A DNA stretch of 64,000 bases from a phage: the sequence record PZ445446.1. The stretch is one strand, 5' to 3'. The notes under the pieces were generated by a model. The model did not search any database, was not told the origin of the DNA, and saw only the letters and a program-made list of their open reading frames with translations. Both the position numbers and the translations under genes were made by a program. This document shows positions 26,501 to 36,215 of this stretch, piece by piece. Positions within the stretch are counted from its first letter, which is position 1. Every line of letters starts with the position of its first letter.

Positions 26501-28060
26501 TCTATGCGTGAACAGTGAGGCATGCAATAGTAACAATTGTTATTGTATCCAGTGTGTTGAGTATGCCCAGTGTGTCACTATTATGTCATATTATGTCACA
26601 GTATGTCAGACAAGTTTTCCTCCTCTTTGTCAAGTGCTGCATGAAAAATTTACAAGCTTGTATGGTAGCATTTTTGCGGCCCTGTTTACATTCAGTGTTG
26701 TATGTATAATCCTTGTTGTGTGGGCGTTTAGACGTCTGGACGGTCAGAAGTTTGCAGGTCAATATCTAATCTATTGGCTGCTAACTATATCCCCCACAAA
26801 TAATAAGAAATATAATTGTTATGTGCGTAAACAGTAACCCATGTTATCAATCCCTGTATGTATCGCCAGTGGTGCGCATAATGGGTATTATGTTAAATTG
26901 CCCGTAATGATAACAGTTCTCACAATGATAGGTATTCTCATTCATCCACACAAAATAGGTTGCAAATGTTGTGCCACTGTGTGAACGGCCTGGCCTATTA
27001 ATTTCTCTCACTGCCTCGATATTTGAGAATTGTTATAAGAATGAGAAGTATTCCCATTCCGTCCGCCTGGCAGCACTCCAGTAGCTACCGGCTCCTGACA
27101 GGGCAGCACTCCTGTAGGTCAGGTCAAAATCGTGGTAGAATTGGGCCTGTTCAGATATTTCTGACTGACTCTTCAGATCTGTGTGGGAAAAGCCAACCTC
27201 TCCGGAGGGGCAGGGGAGGTCAATTAAAAAATTTACGTGGTGTATGAAGCGCTCTTCAGGTAAGGCATGTATTATGGGATGAAACCCTCTTCAGGCAATG
27301 ATATTTGTGGGTGTGATATTTGCTGGAAAGCCAGATATGACGGGACTCCCGGCGGGGATGGGGTAGTACAGACAGGGAAAATATGGGGATGTAGTTGGGT
27401 AAATTGATCAGACAGGTAGAGTATGGAATATGTTACAAGTATGTTAAATAGGGAGGATGAATATCTGCAGGATTTGTGTGTAAAATCAAAGACTTAAGTG
27501 GTGTTGTGGTATTTTCTATAAATAATTCAAGTTTAATAGGTAATATTTGTCTCTATCCACTTTGTGTGGTAAACAGATTCAGATGAAATTGGTTTACAAG
27601 TGTATACATAATATACAAATTAAAGATACAAGAAACCCCCCTCCCCCTTCGGCTACCATTCACCTTTTCCTCTGACTGGTACTTAAACACTTATTCAGAC
27701 TCTTCAGGTTATCACCCATATATCATATGGCAGTGACTGGTGTCCTCCGGCCCCTCTTTCGTCACCCGTCCGCTTCGCCATGCTAATGCCATAGCCAATG
27801 GTTCGGTTGTTCACTCTGTTCACTCAGGTGTATCTCCATACCCCTTCAAACCGAAGAGAACAGAAAACCCGAATTACTCGGTAAAAGAAAAGAGAAGAAC
27901 TTAATTTTATCAGGATAGGCAAGAATGTCAAGGCATGACTGCTCACTAAACAAGCAAACAGTCATGTGTGGAAGGTAAGTGATTGTGGTGGTGGGAAATT
28001 TAGTTGAAAGATGTGTTATAGGTGCGCTTCCAGCACTTTGGCCGGGCAGCTAATTGTGTG

Positions 28061-28276
28061 TCAGTCCAGCGGTTCATCCTCTACTTCACTGAAATCAATG
28101 TTCATGGTCTCCTCCCAACCATCGATCTCAGCACAAGAGTGGAGTTCTTTAGGGTTTACTCCCAAAGCCTCAGCAACAGAGTCTATATTTAACACCTCTG
28201 GCAGGTATGATTCATCGAATTCAAGGTAAATCAGGCCACGAGTGTTGTCAGCTCCACCAAATATCTCTATCTTCAT
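28061..28276 (-). CDS. small acidic protein
   Basis: ORF track 71 aa; GAGGAG RBS; starts MKIEI; D/E-rich. Confidence 0.5.
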   Translation of the reverse strand: MKIEIFGGADNTRGLIYLEFDESYLPEVLNIDSVAEALGVNPKELHSCAEIDGWEETMNIDFSEVEDEPLD

Positions 28277-28397
28277 GAAATCTCCTCTGGAAATGAGAGT
28301 GTGAACAGGGTTTTATACGTTCTAATGCACAGGAATTATACACGTTTGCCTCTTCAGGCCATGCTTTAGCATGAGGAACCTGTGTGGGCTCGGTGCT

Positions 28398-28610
28398 TCA
28401 TAGTCTACCACCTCTGAACTCTTCGTGCTCAGGCATAATAGAGAACCAGATATCTACGATGTCCTCCCACGTCAGGTCATCAGCCTCAGGATCTGTCTGG
28501 GACGAAGATGAAGAGTCCTCAGAATCTAAGTTTTCCTCTTTAACTGGCTCATCCAAGGGACATATGGTCACTCCTTCGGATGTCTCTTCAGATGCATGTG
28601 TGTTGATCAT
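28398..28610 (-). CDS. small highly acidic protein
   Basis: ORF track 70 aa; strongly D/E/S-rich. Confidence 0.45.
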   Translation of the reverse strand: MINTHASEETSEGVTICPLDEPVKEENLDSEDSSSSSQTDPEADDLTWEDIVDIWFSIMPEHEEFRGGRL

Positions 28611-28970
28611 GTTCCCCCCGTGAGTATTCCGGCAACAGCCGCTATGGAAGTAATGATCATCAGGATCACCACTAAAACTTCAGACAATGTTCTCATTGTA
28701 TATTCCATATTCTCCAAACTGTGTGTGGATACTATCACGGGAGCGGTAATGTGTCAACAGCAACGCCGCGAGGGTTTGGTTAAAATCCGAGCGTATGGTG
28801 ATTTGGGTCAAAACGGACGTGCGTTCTCGCTACGCTCGAAAGAGAGACTTGTTTGTAGAAAGCTCTTAAACGCTCTGTAACGAGATTATCTGTCCAAGGT
28901 ATGCAATCGTGCACCAGATAAAGAAAAGGACGCCACAGAGCGTCCTAGGTGTCTTAAATTTGATATTTTG

Positions 28971-29282
28971 CTATACCCATGAGGGCTTATCAAGGTTGGA
29001 GTAGCTGAAAGGTGTCAAAAGGTGACTGTCAAAATCCCTCAAACTATCCAAATCTTTTTCCTCGTCCTGACACCATCTGTGCCTACATTTATTGTTGTAG
29101 TGCATAGAATGCATAGCGTTCTGCAACTTAACAGGTACAAGTGATTCAGGAGTAGATAGTATTGTTGGGTATGCCAGAATCACCTCAAACAGTGGAAACA
29201 CATCGAAACTAAAGTCTATCTCTGCAGAGGTTGATGGCATATAGGAGTATTTAGCCGCCTTTGTAGACATAATCCACCTCAC
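28971..29282 (-). CDS. hypothetical protein
   Basis: ORF track 103 aa; start uncertain. Confidence 0.35.
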   Translation of the reverse strand: MRWIMSTKAAKYSYMPSTSAEIDFSFDVFPLFEVILAYPTILSTPESLVPVKLQNAMHSMHYNNKCRHRWCQDEEKDLDSLRDFDSHLLTPFSYSNLDKPSWV

Positions 29283-29605
29283 ACAGGTTTGATAATACCT
29301 TTACCGAATAATTCTTCGTATCTAATCTTATCCGGATCCCACTCTTGGATAATTTCGAAGACAATATCCAACCCAGGGATAATCACTTCTCCAGTGTCAA
29401 GTTTGGCAAGAACAAAACCAGAAGGCTGAATGGTTTCCCAGTTGCGCCGATTGGAATAGAAGACCTCGAAAATATCGCCGACCTTTATCTGTTGATCAAG
29501 ATGTTCAAGATTCTCTTTCATATAGACGCAGCGGATTTTTCGTGCAGGCCAGAGACCACCTGCATCACGTTCATTTAGCTCTTTTACAGTAATCGGTATA
29601 CCCAT
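29279..29605 (-). CDS. hypothetical protein
   Basis: ORF track 108 aa. Confidence 0.5.
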   Translation of the reverse strand: MGIPITVKELNERDAGGLWPARKIRCVYMKENLEHLDQQIKVGDIFEVFYSNRRNWETIQPSGFVLAKLDTGEVIIPGLDIVFEIIQEWDPDKIRYEELFGKGIIKPV

Positions 29606-29626
29606 CTCAAATCTCCTTCATAGATA

Positions 29627-29653
29627 GTAAAAAGAGGGGCCCAAGCCCCCCTC
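29627..29653 (-). terminator. intrinsic terminator candidate (minus strand)
   Basis: GAGGGGGGCTTGGGCCCCTC hairpin followed by TTTTT on minus strand. Confidence 0.45.
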
Positions 29654-29660
29654 TTTGTCA

Positions 29661-29966
29661 TTATTCTACAGAGCGTTTGAACAGAATGTCTGCCTCAGAC
29701 ATGTGCTCAACCTCTTCTTCGATTTTAGCGCGACGTTTTTCAGCCTCATAGCGAATATCGAACTCGGTAGCCACCAGAGATTTGATGAATTTAGGAGAAT
29801 ACAGGTGATCCTGCTTCTCAACGAGAATGATATCCTTAATGGCATCTTTCAGATCTTTAATCTGAAGTTGGAGTTCTACCAGTTCTTCGATTGTTTTGCG
29901 AAGGCGATCACGCTCTGCAGTGTCAGAAGGAAGAGAGGTGAACAGTTCAACTTTAGATTTAGCCAT
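29661..29966 (-). CDS. hypothetical coiled-coil protein
   Basis: ORF track 101 aa. Confidence 0.5.
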   Translation of the reverse strand: MAKSKVELFTSLPSDTAERDRLRKTIEELVELQLQIKDLKDAIKDIILVEKQDHLYSPKFIKSLVATEFDIRYEAEKRRAKIEEEVEHMSEADILFKRSVE

Positions 29967-29994
29967 AGTAAGAGTCTCCTTATGTTGTTTTAAA

Positions 29995-30312
29995 TTAACG
30001 TTCTACAAAAATACCGTTCAGTTCAATAACCAGGAATTTCTGGTCTTCACTATCGTCTCGTGCCAGCACCTCACAGACGTATCGGTCATCCCCATCATCA
30101 TCGCAGTCAAATACAAGACTGAGGACTTTATCATGGTAAACCTTCGCCACTACCGCCTCGTAAGTATTGCCGATTGTGAATCCAAGATAATCTCCGATGC
30201 ATTTGACAACAACATGGTCTCCAGCATTTAAGTCAATCTTCGTCATTACTGCGCTCCTTGGGTAATAATACTGTATGTAAAACTTTAACCAGAGATGTGA
30301 ATAACGCCCCAA
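29995..30312 (-). CDS. hypothetical protein
   Basis: ORF track 105 aa. Confidence 0.5.
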   Translation of the reverse strand: MGRYSHLWLKFYIQYYYPRSAVMTKIDLNAGDHVVVKCIGDYLGFTIGNTYEAVVAKVYHDKVLSLVFDCDDDGDDRYVCEVLARDDSEDQKFLVIELNGIFVER

Positions 30313-30401
30313 AACACACCGATAGCGCTAAAACAGACAAGGCCATCATTAAAGCTTCAGTAAAATCAGTCATTCCTCACCTCTTGTTAGTCACTGTACT
30401 A

Positions 30402-30665
30402 TCATTTATCCTTGTCGTCAAGAACTTTTTTAAATCTTTCAGGGATATCTCCCGTTCTTAGATAGTTCATGACCTCGCAAGGTTCCCACTTGAATTTCTT
30501 ACAGAGCAGGGCGGCTGAGATTGTTTCATTGCGAAAAGAAAGGATATTAATATCCCACTCTGAGAACCCCAACTTCCGAAGGGTAGCTACAGAAATCCTC
30601 ACCGCAACCCAGCAGCAAAAACATGCAACAAACGCCACTGCTACAACCCACATCAGGATGTTCAT
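30402..30665 (-). CDS. hypothetical membrane protein
   Basis: ORF track 87 aa; N-terminal TM WVVAVAFVACFCCWVAV. Confidence 0.5.
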   Translation of the reverse strand: MNILMWVVAVAFVACFCCWVAVRISVATLRKLGFSEWDINILSFRNETISAALLCKKFKWEPCEVMNYLRTGDIPERFKKVLDDKDK

Positions 30666-30754
30666 ATAAGCACCTTACTGAAATACAAGACACAGTGTTA
30701 AGGTTACTGACCAGCAAATAATTAACAGTGCCGTTGCAACCTTTGCAAGATTTA

Positions 30755-31042
30755 TCATAGTGCCTCTAAGATTTCATATCCTTCGGGTCGGAATACAAGC
30801 CACTCCGTGGCTCCGTTTGGTCGATACGCTTTATACAGAACAACCTGGTCTCGGCACATGCACATGGCTACATAGTTTTCATCCACACCTGCAGCCTGCA
30901 TTGCATCTTCTTCTCCGGCAACTGCTTTGCTTACAACTTCCTTGGTAGGCAGGTGTGCGATCAGCTCGTCACCATCATTAATTCCAAAATGGCTGAGTTC
31001 GCCGTTGGTATCTTTAATCTTAATCTTAACCAGATCTTTCAT
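30755..31042 (-). CDS. small hypothetical protein
   Basis: ORF track 95 aa; translationally coupled array. Confidence 0.5.
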   Translation of the reverse strand: MKDLVKIKIKDTNGELSHFGINDGDELIAHLPTKEVVSKAVAGEEDAMQAAGVDENYVAMCMCRDQVVLYKAYRPNGATEWLVFRPEGYEILEAL

Positions 31043-31371
31043 TAGTCTTCCCCCAGGTTCAAAGGTCCTAAGATTTCATATGCCAGATTAGAAGTTACAA
31101 GAGGGTCTTCTGCGTCTTTAGTATTATACCACCCGTGAATGACCAGAGTCCCACTTTGTTTCATGTCCAACTGGAACTCTTCTGCCGTTTCCTCATCCAG
31201 CTCCAAGATTTCCATAAGGTATTTGATGTTAGGGAGGTATGCAGCTGTTACAGTCCCCTCTACCAGACCTTCAGGCCAACCTACATCTGGATGACAAGTA
31301 GGAACCAGGTTGGTCAGCTTAATGGTGTACGCTTTTTCTGCACGAGCCTTCAGTAACGGGTCAATCTTCAT
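31042..31371 (-). CDS. small hypothetical protein
   Basis: ORF track 109 aa; overlapping start/stop. Confidence 0.5.
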   Translation of the reverse strand: MKIDPLLKARAEKAYTIKLTNLVPTCHPDVGWPEGLVEGTVTAAYLPNIKYLMEILELDEETAEEFQLDMKQSGTLVIHGWYNTKDAEDPLVTSNLAYEILGPLNLGED

Positions 31372-31721
31372 TATTCGTCCTCCTCTTCGGTACCTGCTTC
31401 CAGTAATAAGTTAAGAATATCTTCTGCACAAGGTTCATAGAACTCTTGGCCTTCATTATCGATGATTTTGTAGTCATCTCCACGAATAATCAGGGGATCA
31501 CTATCAAAATTATCGAGACCTTTAACAACGACAACACGATCGATTGCCATCATTGTAAGAACTTTATCGACATCTTCCTCTGCTACACCATACTGCAGCA
31601 GAATGTCTTTGGTAGGAGGAACAGCATCCACCACAACGCCGTTACCAAAACCTTCTGGAAGTTTAGCTAAAATATCTTCCGGAACCACATTCACATCAAA
31701 ACCGGTAATTTCTACTTTCAT
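31371..31721 (-). CDS. small acidic protein
   Basis: ORF track 116 aa; starts MKVEITG; acidic C-terminus. Confidence 0.5.
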   Translation of the reverse strand: MKVEITGFDVNVVPEDILAKLPEGFGNGVVVDAVPPTKDILLQYGVAEEDVDKVLTMMAIDRVVVVKGLDNFDSDPLIIRGDDYKIIDNEGQEFYEPCAEDILNLLLEAGTEEEDE

Positions 31722-31982
31722 TTACAGCACCTCTTCGTCAACTACTTCATAAAAATGGCCTGGGATTGCAATAGCGTTCTCACCTTCACCTACAAACACA
31801 GTTCCGTCAAGAATCAACATCATAAGAATTTCTGTAATATCCTCTTCCGGAACGTTGCCAAAACCTTTAATCAGCTCGTAGGTTGGAATATTTACCTCTA
31901 AGATGTCACCATCTTTAGAACGGAAATCAACACCGTCCTGAATCTCTGCCGTTTCAAGGTTTTTCAATTTAATCTTCATCAA
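31722..31982 (-). CDS. small hypothetical protein
   Basis: ORF track 86 aa. Confidence 0.5.
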   Translation of the reverse strand: MMKIKLKNLETAEIQDGVDFRSKDGDILEVNIPTYELIKGFGNVPEEDITEILMMLILDGTVFVGEGENAIAIPGHFYEVVDEEVL

Positions 31983-32058
31983 TCGGTCCCCTGTCTTGTT
32001 AAGATGAAGGTATTATTTCACACAGGGTTGGCGTTGTCAACACCTGTGTGCAAGAAAA

Positions 32059-32454
32059 TTACTGAAACAGTGCGGATAAATTACCTTCTGGTGGGAACTT
32101 ATCTGCCAAAAACGGTGTTAGCACAGTAGCCTTCTGAAGATCTGGGGTCCACTCGTTGTTCAGAACATCCCAGTAGTACGCAATGTTGCTGTGTGGGTGC
32201 CGCATTACGAACTTTTTCCCTTCGTAGTCATCTGAAACCTCTACAGAAGAAATAACAACAGAATCTTCAAGGGTTTCTTCATAGAAAGATCCACCTTCAA
32301 ATTTCCAACGAGATGCAAGAGCCCCTGCCTTGAACGCTGCAGATAACGGACTGTCGGCAAGAACATACATTTCTTGCACTCTGTCGCTGCGATCTTTGCT
32401 TCTTACGTTGTATACAGTATCTGAGCTATACTCAACACGGTATAGGCTTACCAT
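32059..32454 (-). CDS. hypothetical protein (paralog of 34261..34659)
   Basis: ORF track 131 aa; shared HP.S...YW.....WTP segment with paralog. Confidence 0.55.
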   Translation of the reverse strand: MVSLYRVEYSSDTVYNVRSKDRSDRVQEMYVLADSPLSAAFKAGALASRWKFEGGSFYEETLEDSVVISSVEVSDDYEGKKFVMRHPHSNIAYYWDVLNNEWTPDLQKATVLTPFLADKFPPEGNLSALFQ

Positions 32455-32786
32455 TACCGCACCTCCTCAATAACTTCCACATCTGAACCTACCACAAATG
32501 CAAAAGGACAGGTTTCATGAAAGATATCCGGATCGCCGCCAAGCTTGCTAACAATTTCTCCACCACTAATAAACACAAGCTCACCGATATTCATCAGATT
32601 GCTGAAATAGTACCCATAATGATTAAAGAATGCAGCAGGGTCAGGTAGACTAGTAGCCTCAAGCACTACATCAGTTGAGGTTACTTTCTTATCATAACCT
32701 CTCGCCTTTTGAGATGCAAGATCTGCAGAATCCTCAGGCGACCGGAGATGCACAGGAATTGTTTCACCAATAAAGCGTACTTTCAT
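32454..32786 (-). CDS. small hypothetical protein
   Basis: Track ORF 32454..32813 trimmed to internal ATG (MKVRFIG...). Confidence 0.4.
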   Translation of the reverse strand: MKVRFIGETIPVHLRSPEDSADLASQKARGYDKKVTSTDVVLEATSLPDPAAFFNHYGYYFSNLMNIGELVFISGGEIVSKLGGDPDIFHETCPFAFVVGSDVEVIEEVR

Positions 32787-32790
32787 ATTA

Positions 32791-33054
32791 TCACCCAACA
32801 ACCATAGCTTCAAAAGGGGTCATGAACGAATAAACGGCATCATCATCTGCTTCAGGGAATGCTCCCAAAGACTTCATGTCTGAGCCCTTGACAAATACAA
32901 GGTTTTGATCAAAAGCTTCTTGAGGATCAATCCGATACATATTTCGTAGAATATCGCCTACCTCCTCATCAAGAGGTGAGTATGCTGTGCACGTTTTTCC
33001 GATCAAGCTTTGAGAATCAGGGTATCCACCTGAAGTTTTAAAATAAACAATCAT
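32791..33054 (-). CDS. small hypothetical protein (distant member of MKVK family?)
   Basis: ORF track 87 aa; FVKGSD..LGA resembles LVKGKDLLAAGA of paralogs. Confidence 0.45.
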   Translation of the reverse strand: MIVYFKTSGGYPDSQSLIGKTCTAYSPLDEEVGDILRNMYRIDPQEAFDQNLVFVKGSDMKSLGAFPEADDDAVYSFMTPFEAMVVG

Positions 33055-33145
33055 ATAGTATCACCTCTGGTAAGAGATTGGGATTCCTTTCCCACAAATA
33101 ATTACAAACCTTCCTTATCGAGGAAGTATGCTAATCCAAGCAAGA

Positions 33146-33415
33146 TTATTCCTCTACAATCTCATACACATCCGGAGTTACAATCAACTCTTCTCCGTTA
33201 CCCGGTGCAACAAACACCACCATGCCTTCAGGTGTGTGCTTTTTAGCCATCTCGATAACATCTTCTCGCAGAGCTGGCTCCATCAGATCAAAACCTTCAC
33301 CCAGGGCATCACGAACCACCTTCATATAGTCAACTGGTTGTGCTTCGACAATCATACCTTCAACCAGTCCACAGTTTTTGTCTGCCAGCTCAGTTTTGAA
33401 TAATTTAATTTTCAT
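33146..33415 (-). CDS. small acidic protein
   Basis: ORF track 89 aa; starts MKIKLFK. Confidence 0.5.
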   Translation of the reverse strand: MKIKLFKTELADKNCGLVEGMIVEAQPVDYMKVVRDALGEGFDLMEPALREDVIEMAKKHTPEGMVVFVAPGNGEELIVTPDVYEIVEE

Positions 33416-33552
33416 TTAGAGGCCTCCTCAATTATTTGATATTAATAGCCGTAACCTAACACATTAACTACAACTGCGATTGCAAACATAATTTCAAAGC
33501 ATGCAATCTCTACATTTGGGACTAATTTCTTGATCACACCCATTGTAGCACC

Positions 33553-33870
33553 TCATTCTCTAAAGTCAATCTTTACTTTGCCTTTCCCCTTACCTTTCTT
33601 TCCACCGCATTTAGCCAGTTGACGTGCTGCAACATCTACCATACGGTCAGTTGCCTCGTAAGCATCACTGCCTTTAGCTTTGGCAATAACTTCTTTTCCA
33701 GAATTGTCAAAAATGAACGCCATAACTTCCTGGTGATCATTTTCAACTTTTACACTCACACGTGCATAGTTGGCAGAGGGATGCAAACGCTCCAGCTTAG
33801 ACATTTTGTGGGAAATGAAAGACACCATACCTTCAGTGATTTCTACGTTGCCAGTGATTTCAATTTGCAT
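33553..33870 (-). CDS. hpf: ribosome hibernation promoting factor / RaiA-like (HPF)
   Basis: MQIEITGNVEITEGM..KLER...V.VKVE...ARQLAK closely parallels E. coli HPF (MQLNITGNNVEITEAL...KLEQ...VLKVEK...ARQLTKHKDK); 105 aa. Confidence 0.8.
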   Translation of the reverse strand: MQIEITGNVEITEGMVSFISHKMSKLERLHPSANYARVSVKVENDHQEVMAFIFDNSGKEVIAKAKGSDAYEATDRMVDVAARQLAKCGGKKGKGKGKVKIDFRE

Positions 33871-33952
33871 AACGTGTTCCTTTTAAAGAAGAGGGAACCA
33901 AACCCTCTTTGAAAACAATGATACTAAATCTGAAGCGTTGTGTCAACAGTTT

Positions 33953-34243
33953 TTACAGATTGTTGTCGATAGTTTTTAAAATATCCACAGCAAGATCTGC
34001 CATTTTTCGAACATACTCTGCAAACTCAACAGGATCCTTGATCAAAGAATTCACAGGGTCGTACCCTAGAGCGTTCAAAATGGCTGCAGCATCTACAACC
34101 TTCTCATCATTTGCGAAGATCTCTCCATCAAACTTGTAGGTCCATTTTGAGTCAATCTTGGCAGGGAATGATTGGTCAACGCTTGTTACACCATCCTTTT
34201 TAAACGCTCCGGTGTTATCAGTGTCTAGAACTAAATCCATCAT
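33953..34243 (-). CDS. hypothetical protein
   Basis: ORF track 96 aa. Confidence 0.5.
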   Translation of the reverse strand: MMDLVLDTDNTGAFKKDGVTSVDQSFPAKIDSKWTYKFDGEIFANDEKVVDAAAILNALGYDPVNSLIKDPVEFAEYVRKMADLAVDILKTIDNNL

Positions 34244-34260
34244 GTTAGTACCTCACCGTT

Positions 34261-34659
34261 TCAGTTTAGCTTTTCTTCAACAACCCCATAGCTCGGGACA
34301 GAGTCAAGAGCTTTCTGGTTTAAAAGTGGTGTAGCAGAATCTGCAAACGGTGTCCAAGTTTTTGTTCTGGCGTTCCAGTAATGCTTCACTCTGGAATCTG
34401 GATGCACTATAACAAAAACTTTTTCACTTGTCAACACATTAATTTCTTCCACACCCCTGCTGATAATTTCTCCGTCATATCCCCCGGTCTGGTATCCTTC
34501 GTACCAGGTTCTTGCATAGGCATAGCCAGCCTGCCAGCATGCAGCCTCCTCCGAGGTGGAGACTACGTAGAAGTCTTTCTCAAATTCTGGGATACGCCCT
34601 TGCTTTACGCTCCAAGCTCCGCGAATTTTCATTGTAACTTTGAATAGTTTATTTTTCAC
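34261..34659 (-). CDS. hypothetical protein (paralog of 32059..32454)
   Basis: ORF track 132 aa; paralog alignment. Confidence 0.55.
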   Translation of the reverse strand: MKNKLFKVTMKIRGAWSVKQGRIPEFEKDFYVVSTSEEAACWQAGYAYARTWYEGYQTGGYDGEIISRGVEEINVLTSEKVFVIVHPDSRVKHYWNARTKTWTPFADSATPLLNQKALDSVPSYGVVEEKLN

Positions 34660-34671
34660 AACGGTTACCCA

Positions 34672-34926
34672 TCACAGTTCTACAATATCTGCATCTGACC
34701 CTGCCCCAAAGGCATAATAGGACTCTTCCCCGAAATAATATTCCGGTGCACCAGCAGCGATCAGGTCTGATCCCAAAATGAATACCACGTTGTGGCCTAC
34801 ATAGCTGTGATTTTGCCGCACAGGATCATCCCACGGCAACCCTTCGAAGTATACCGCAGGGACGACCTTTCCTTTCAGGAAGGATTGCCCCAAGTAGACG
34901 TTAGAATCAAGAATTTTAACCTTCAT
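34672..34926 (-). CDS. small protein, MKVKxLD paralog family
   Basis: ORF track 84 aa; MKVKILD...GKVV...DLIAAGA. Confidence 0.55.
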   Translation of the reverse strand: MKVKILDSNVYLGQSFLKGKVVPAVYFEGLPWDDPVRQNHSYVGHNVVFILGSDLIAAGAPEYYFGEESYYAFGAGSDADIVEL

Positions 34927-35143
34927 GATCGTCCTCCACTATCTCTACATCCTCACCTAGGGCAAAGTTGTAGGTCCACTGACTGTCAAAGCATTCCTGA
35001 GATGCACCAGCGGCAATAAGATCTGCCCCTTTTATTTTTAAAAGGTCAGGGTAATCTTCGTTAGGGACAGCAGTAAACACTTTCCCTACTAAAGGCTCCT
35101 GACCAATATAGAAGCTTGAATCTAAAACTTTAACTTTCATCAA
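34916..35143 (-). CDS. small protein, MKVKxLD paralog family
   Basis: ORF track 75 aa; MKVKVLD...GKVF...DLIAAGA. Confidence 0.55.
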   Translation of the reverse strand: MMKVKVLDSSFYIGQEPLVGKVFTAVPNEDYPDLLKIKGADLIAAGASQECFDSQWTYNFALGEDVEIVEDDHEG

Positions 35144-35427
35144 CGGTCTCCATCAGGTGGTTGTGGGACGTAAACACTGTTACGAATATCGTCCGCAGTA
35201 TAGTAATAAGTGTCTCCAACCCTATCTCTGGCTGCAATGTACTCTGCTATACCAATAAGTGCCATTGATTTGGTGGCGTATCTTCCCCACTCGTTAGCTC
35301 CCCAGTAGAATTTAGACCAGTAGGGAATAATACCGAACAAATATACCTTTTGACGAACTTCCCAGTAAGTGCCTTTTCCGACAAGTTTAAACTCTACTTC
35401 ACTACTGTTAATCTTTTTCATTATCAA
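35140..35427 (-). CDS. hypothetical protein
   Basis: ORF track 95 aa; ATGA overlap. Confidence 0.5.
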   Translation of the reverse strand: MIMKKINSSEVEFKLVGKGTYWEVRQKVYLFGIIPYWSKFYWGANEWGRYATKSMALIGIAEYIAARDRVGDTYYYTADDIRNSVYVPQPPDGDR

Positions 35428-35720
35428 TCTCCCTCTACCGTGGTCGGATTGTCAGTAAGAAATTGAGCATTGGCTGGAGGCACGCCTGACATTTTCCACA
35501 CAACCATAAGTTTGTAACCAGGAACTCTATTAAGTGCAGATCGAGTAGAGTTTGTGCACGTATACTTTCGCTTTCCAAACCCGTTCTCCATCATAATCCA
35601 GTACCCAGTATCTTTGTCACCAGGTATCGGTAGACCACCTTCATCAACCCACTGAATGGACCACGGCACGATGGCTACAGCTTTATATTTAAACTTTTTA
35701 AACCACTCAAAAAGTTTCAT
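35424..35720 (-). CDS. hypothetical protein
   Basis: ORF track 98 aa. Confidence 0.5.
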   Translation of the reverse strand: MKLFEWFKKFKYKAVAIVPWSIQWVDEGGLPIPGDKDTGYWIMMENGFGKRKYTCTNSTRSALNRVPGYKLMVVWKMSGVPPANAQFLTDNPTTVEGD

Positions 35721-35815
35721 AATTCAGCCTCGCATAGACATAATCACTATAAACAGGCAAACAATGAATCCGAATGCCACGCCACCCATAAACGTTAATA
35801 TTGATGCAATCATAG

Positions 35816-36001
35816 TCAATCAGCCTCGCTTGGCAACTCTTCTACCTTAACATGCCGAAAAGTGTTACCGTAATGGTTGATCCATGACATCAGCTCGCTT
35901 TCTTGCTCTTCCTCTGGGATGAACTCTCGAATGCTGACAAGTTTTAAGAAAACCCAATCACAATCTGCACCCATTCTACCAGACAGGCAATAGTGCTTCA
36001 T
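35816..36001 (-). CDS. small hypothetical protein
   Basis: Track ORF 35816..36079 trimmed to internal ATG to avoid overlap. Confidence 0.35.
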   Translation of the reverse strand: MKHYCLSGRMGADCDWVFLKLVSIREFIPEEEQESELMSWINHYGNTFRHVKVEELPSEAD

Positions 36002-36020
36002 AAAAACCCCCCCACCTGGT

Positions 36021-36215
36021 TTAGAATATTGCTTCTTCCATTGCACCTGAGAGCAACAAAGAGGTGATCTGGCTAACATTCATCTCAGACTCTACTTCCT
36101 CCCCTTTGAAAGGTTCGCGGCAGAATAGGACTGTTTCAGGACTTTTACTTCGAACAGTATAATACAAATCATTCAATGTGTTGTAGTAATAAGTGTTAAA
36201 ACGTAAGTTTTTCAT
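36021..36215 (-). CDS. small hypothetical protein
   Basis: ORF track 64 aa. Confidence 0.4.
   Translation of the reverse strand: MKNLRFNTYYYNTLNDLYYTVRSKSPETVLFCREPFKGEEVESEMNVSQITSLLLSGAMEEAIF

Noticed and set aside
26445-26837. Track ORF of 130 aa in the convergence zone
   Set aside because: Lies in repeat-dense DNA, no RBS, Cys/Tyr-rich low-complexity translation driven by TATGTCA-type repeats.
27023-27247. Track ORF of 74 aa (Arg/Ser/Gly-rich)
   Set aside because: No RBS, composition typical of a spurious frame in a repeat region containing GGCAGCACTCC direct repeats.
25590-28360. Possible tRNA cluster in the large non-coding gap
   Set aside because: Scanned by eye on both strands for T-arm-like GTTCGAATCC/GGTTCRA motifs and found none; cannot exclude without a covariance-model scan.
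28596-28880. Plus-strand track ORF of 94 aa near the minus-strand block end
   Set aside because: Overlaps and is antisense to the minus-strand acidic ORF 28398..28610; no RBS.
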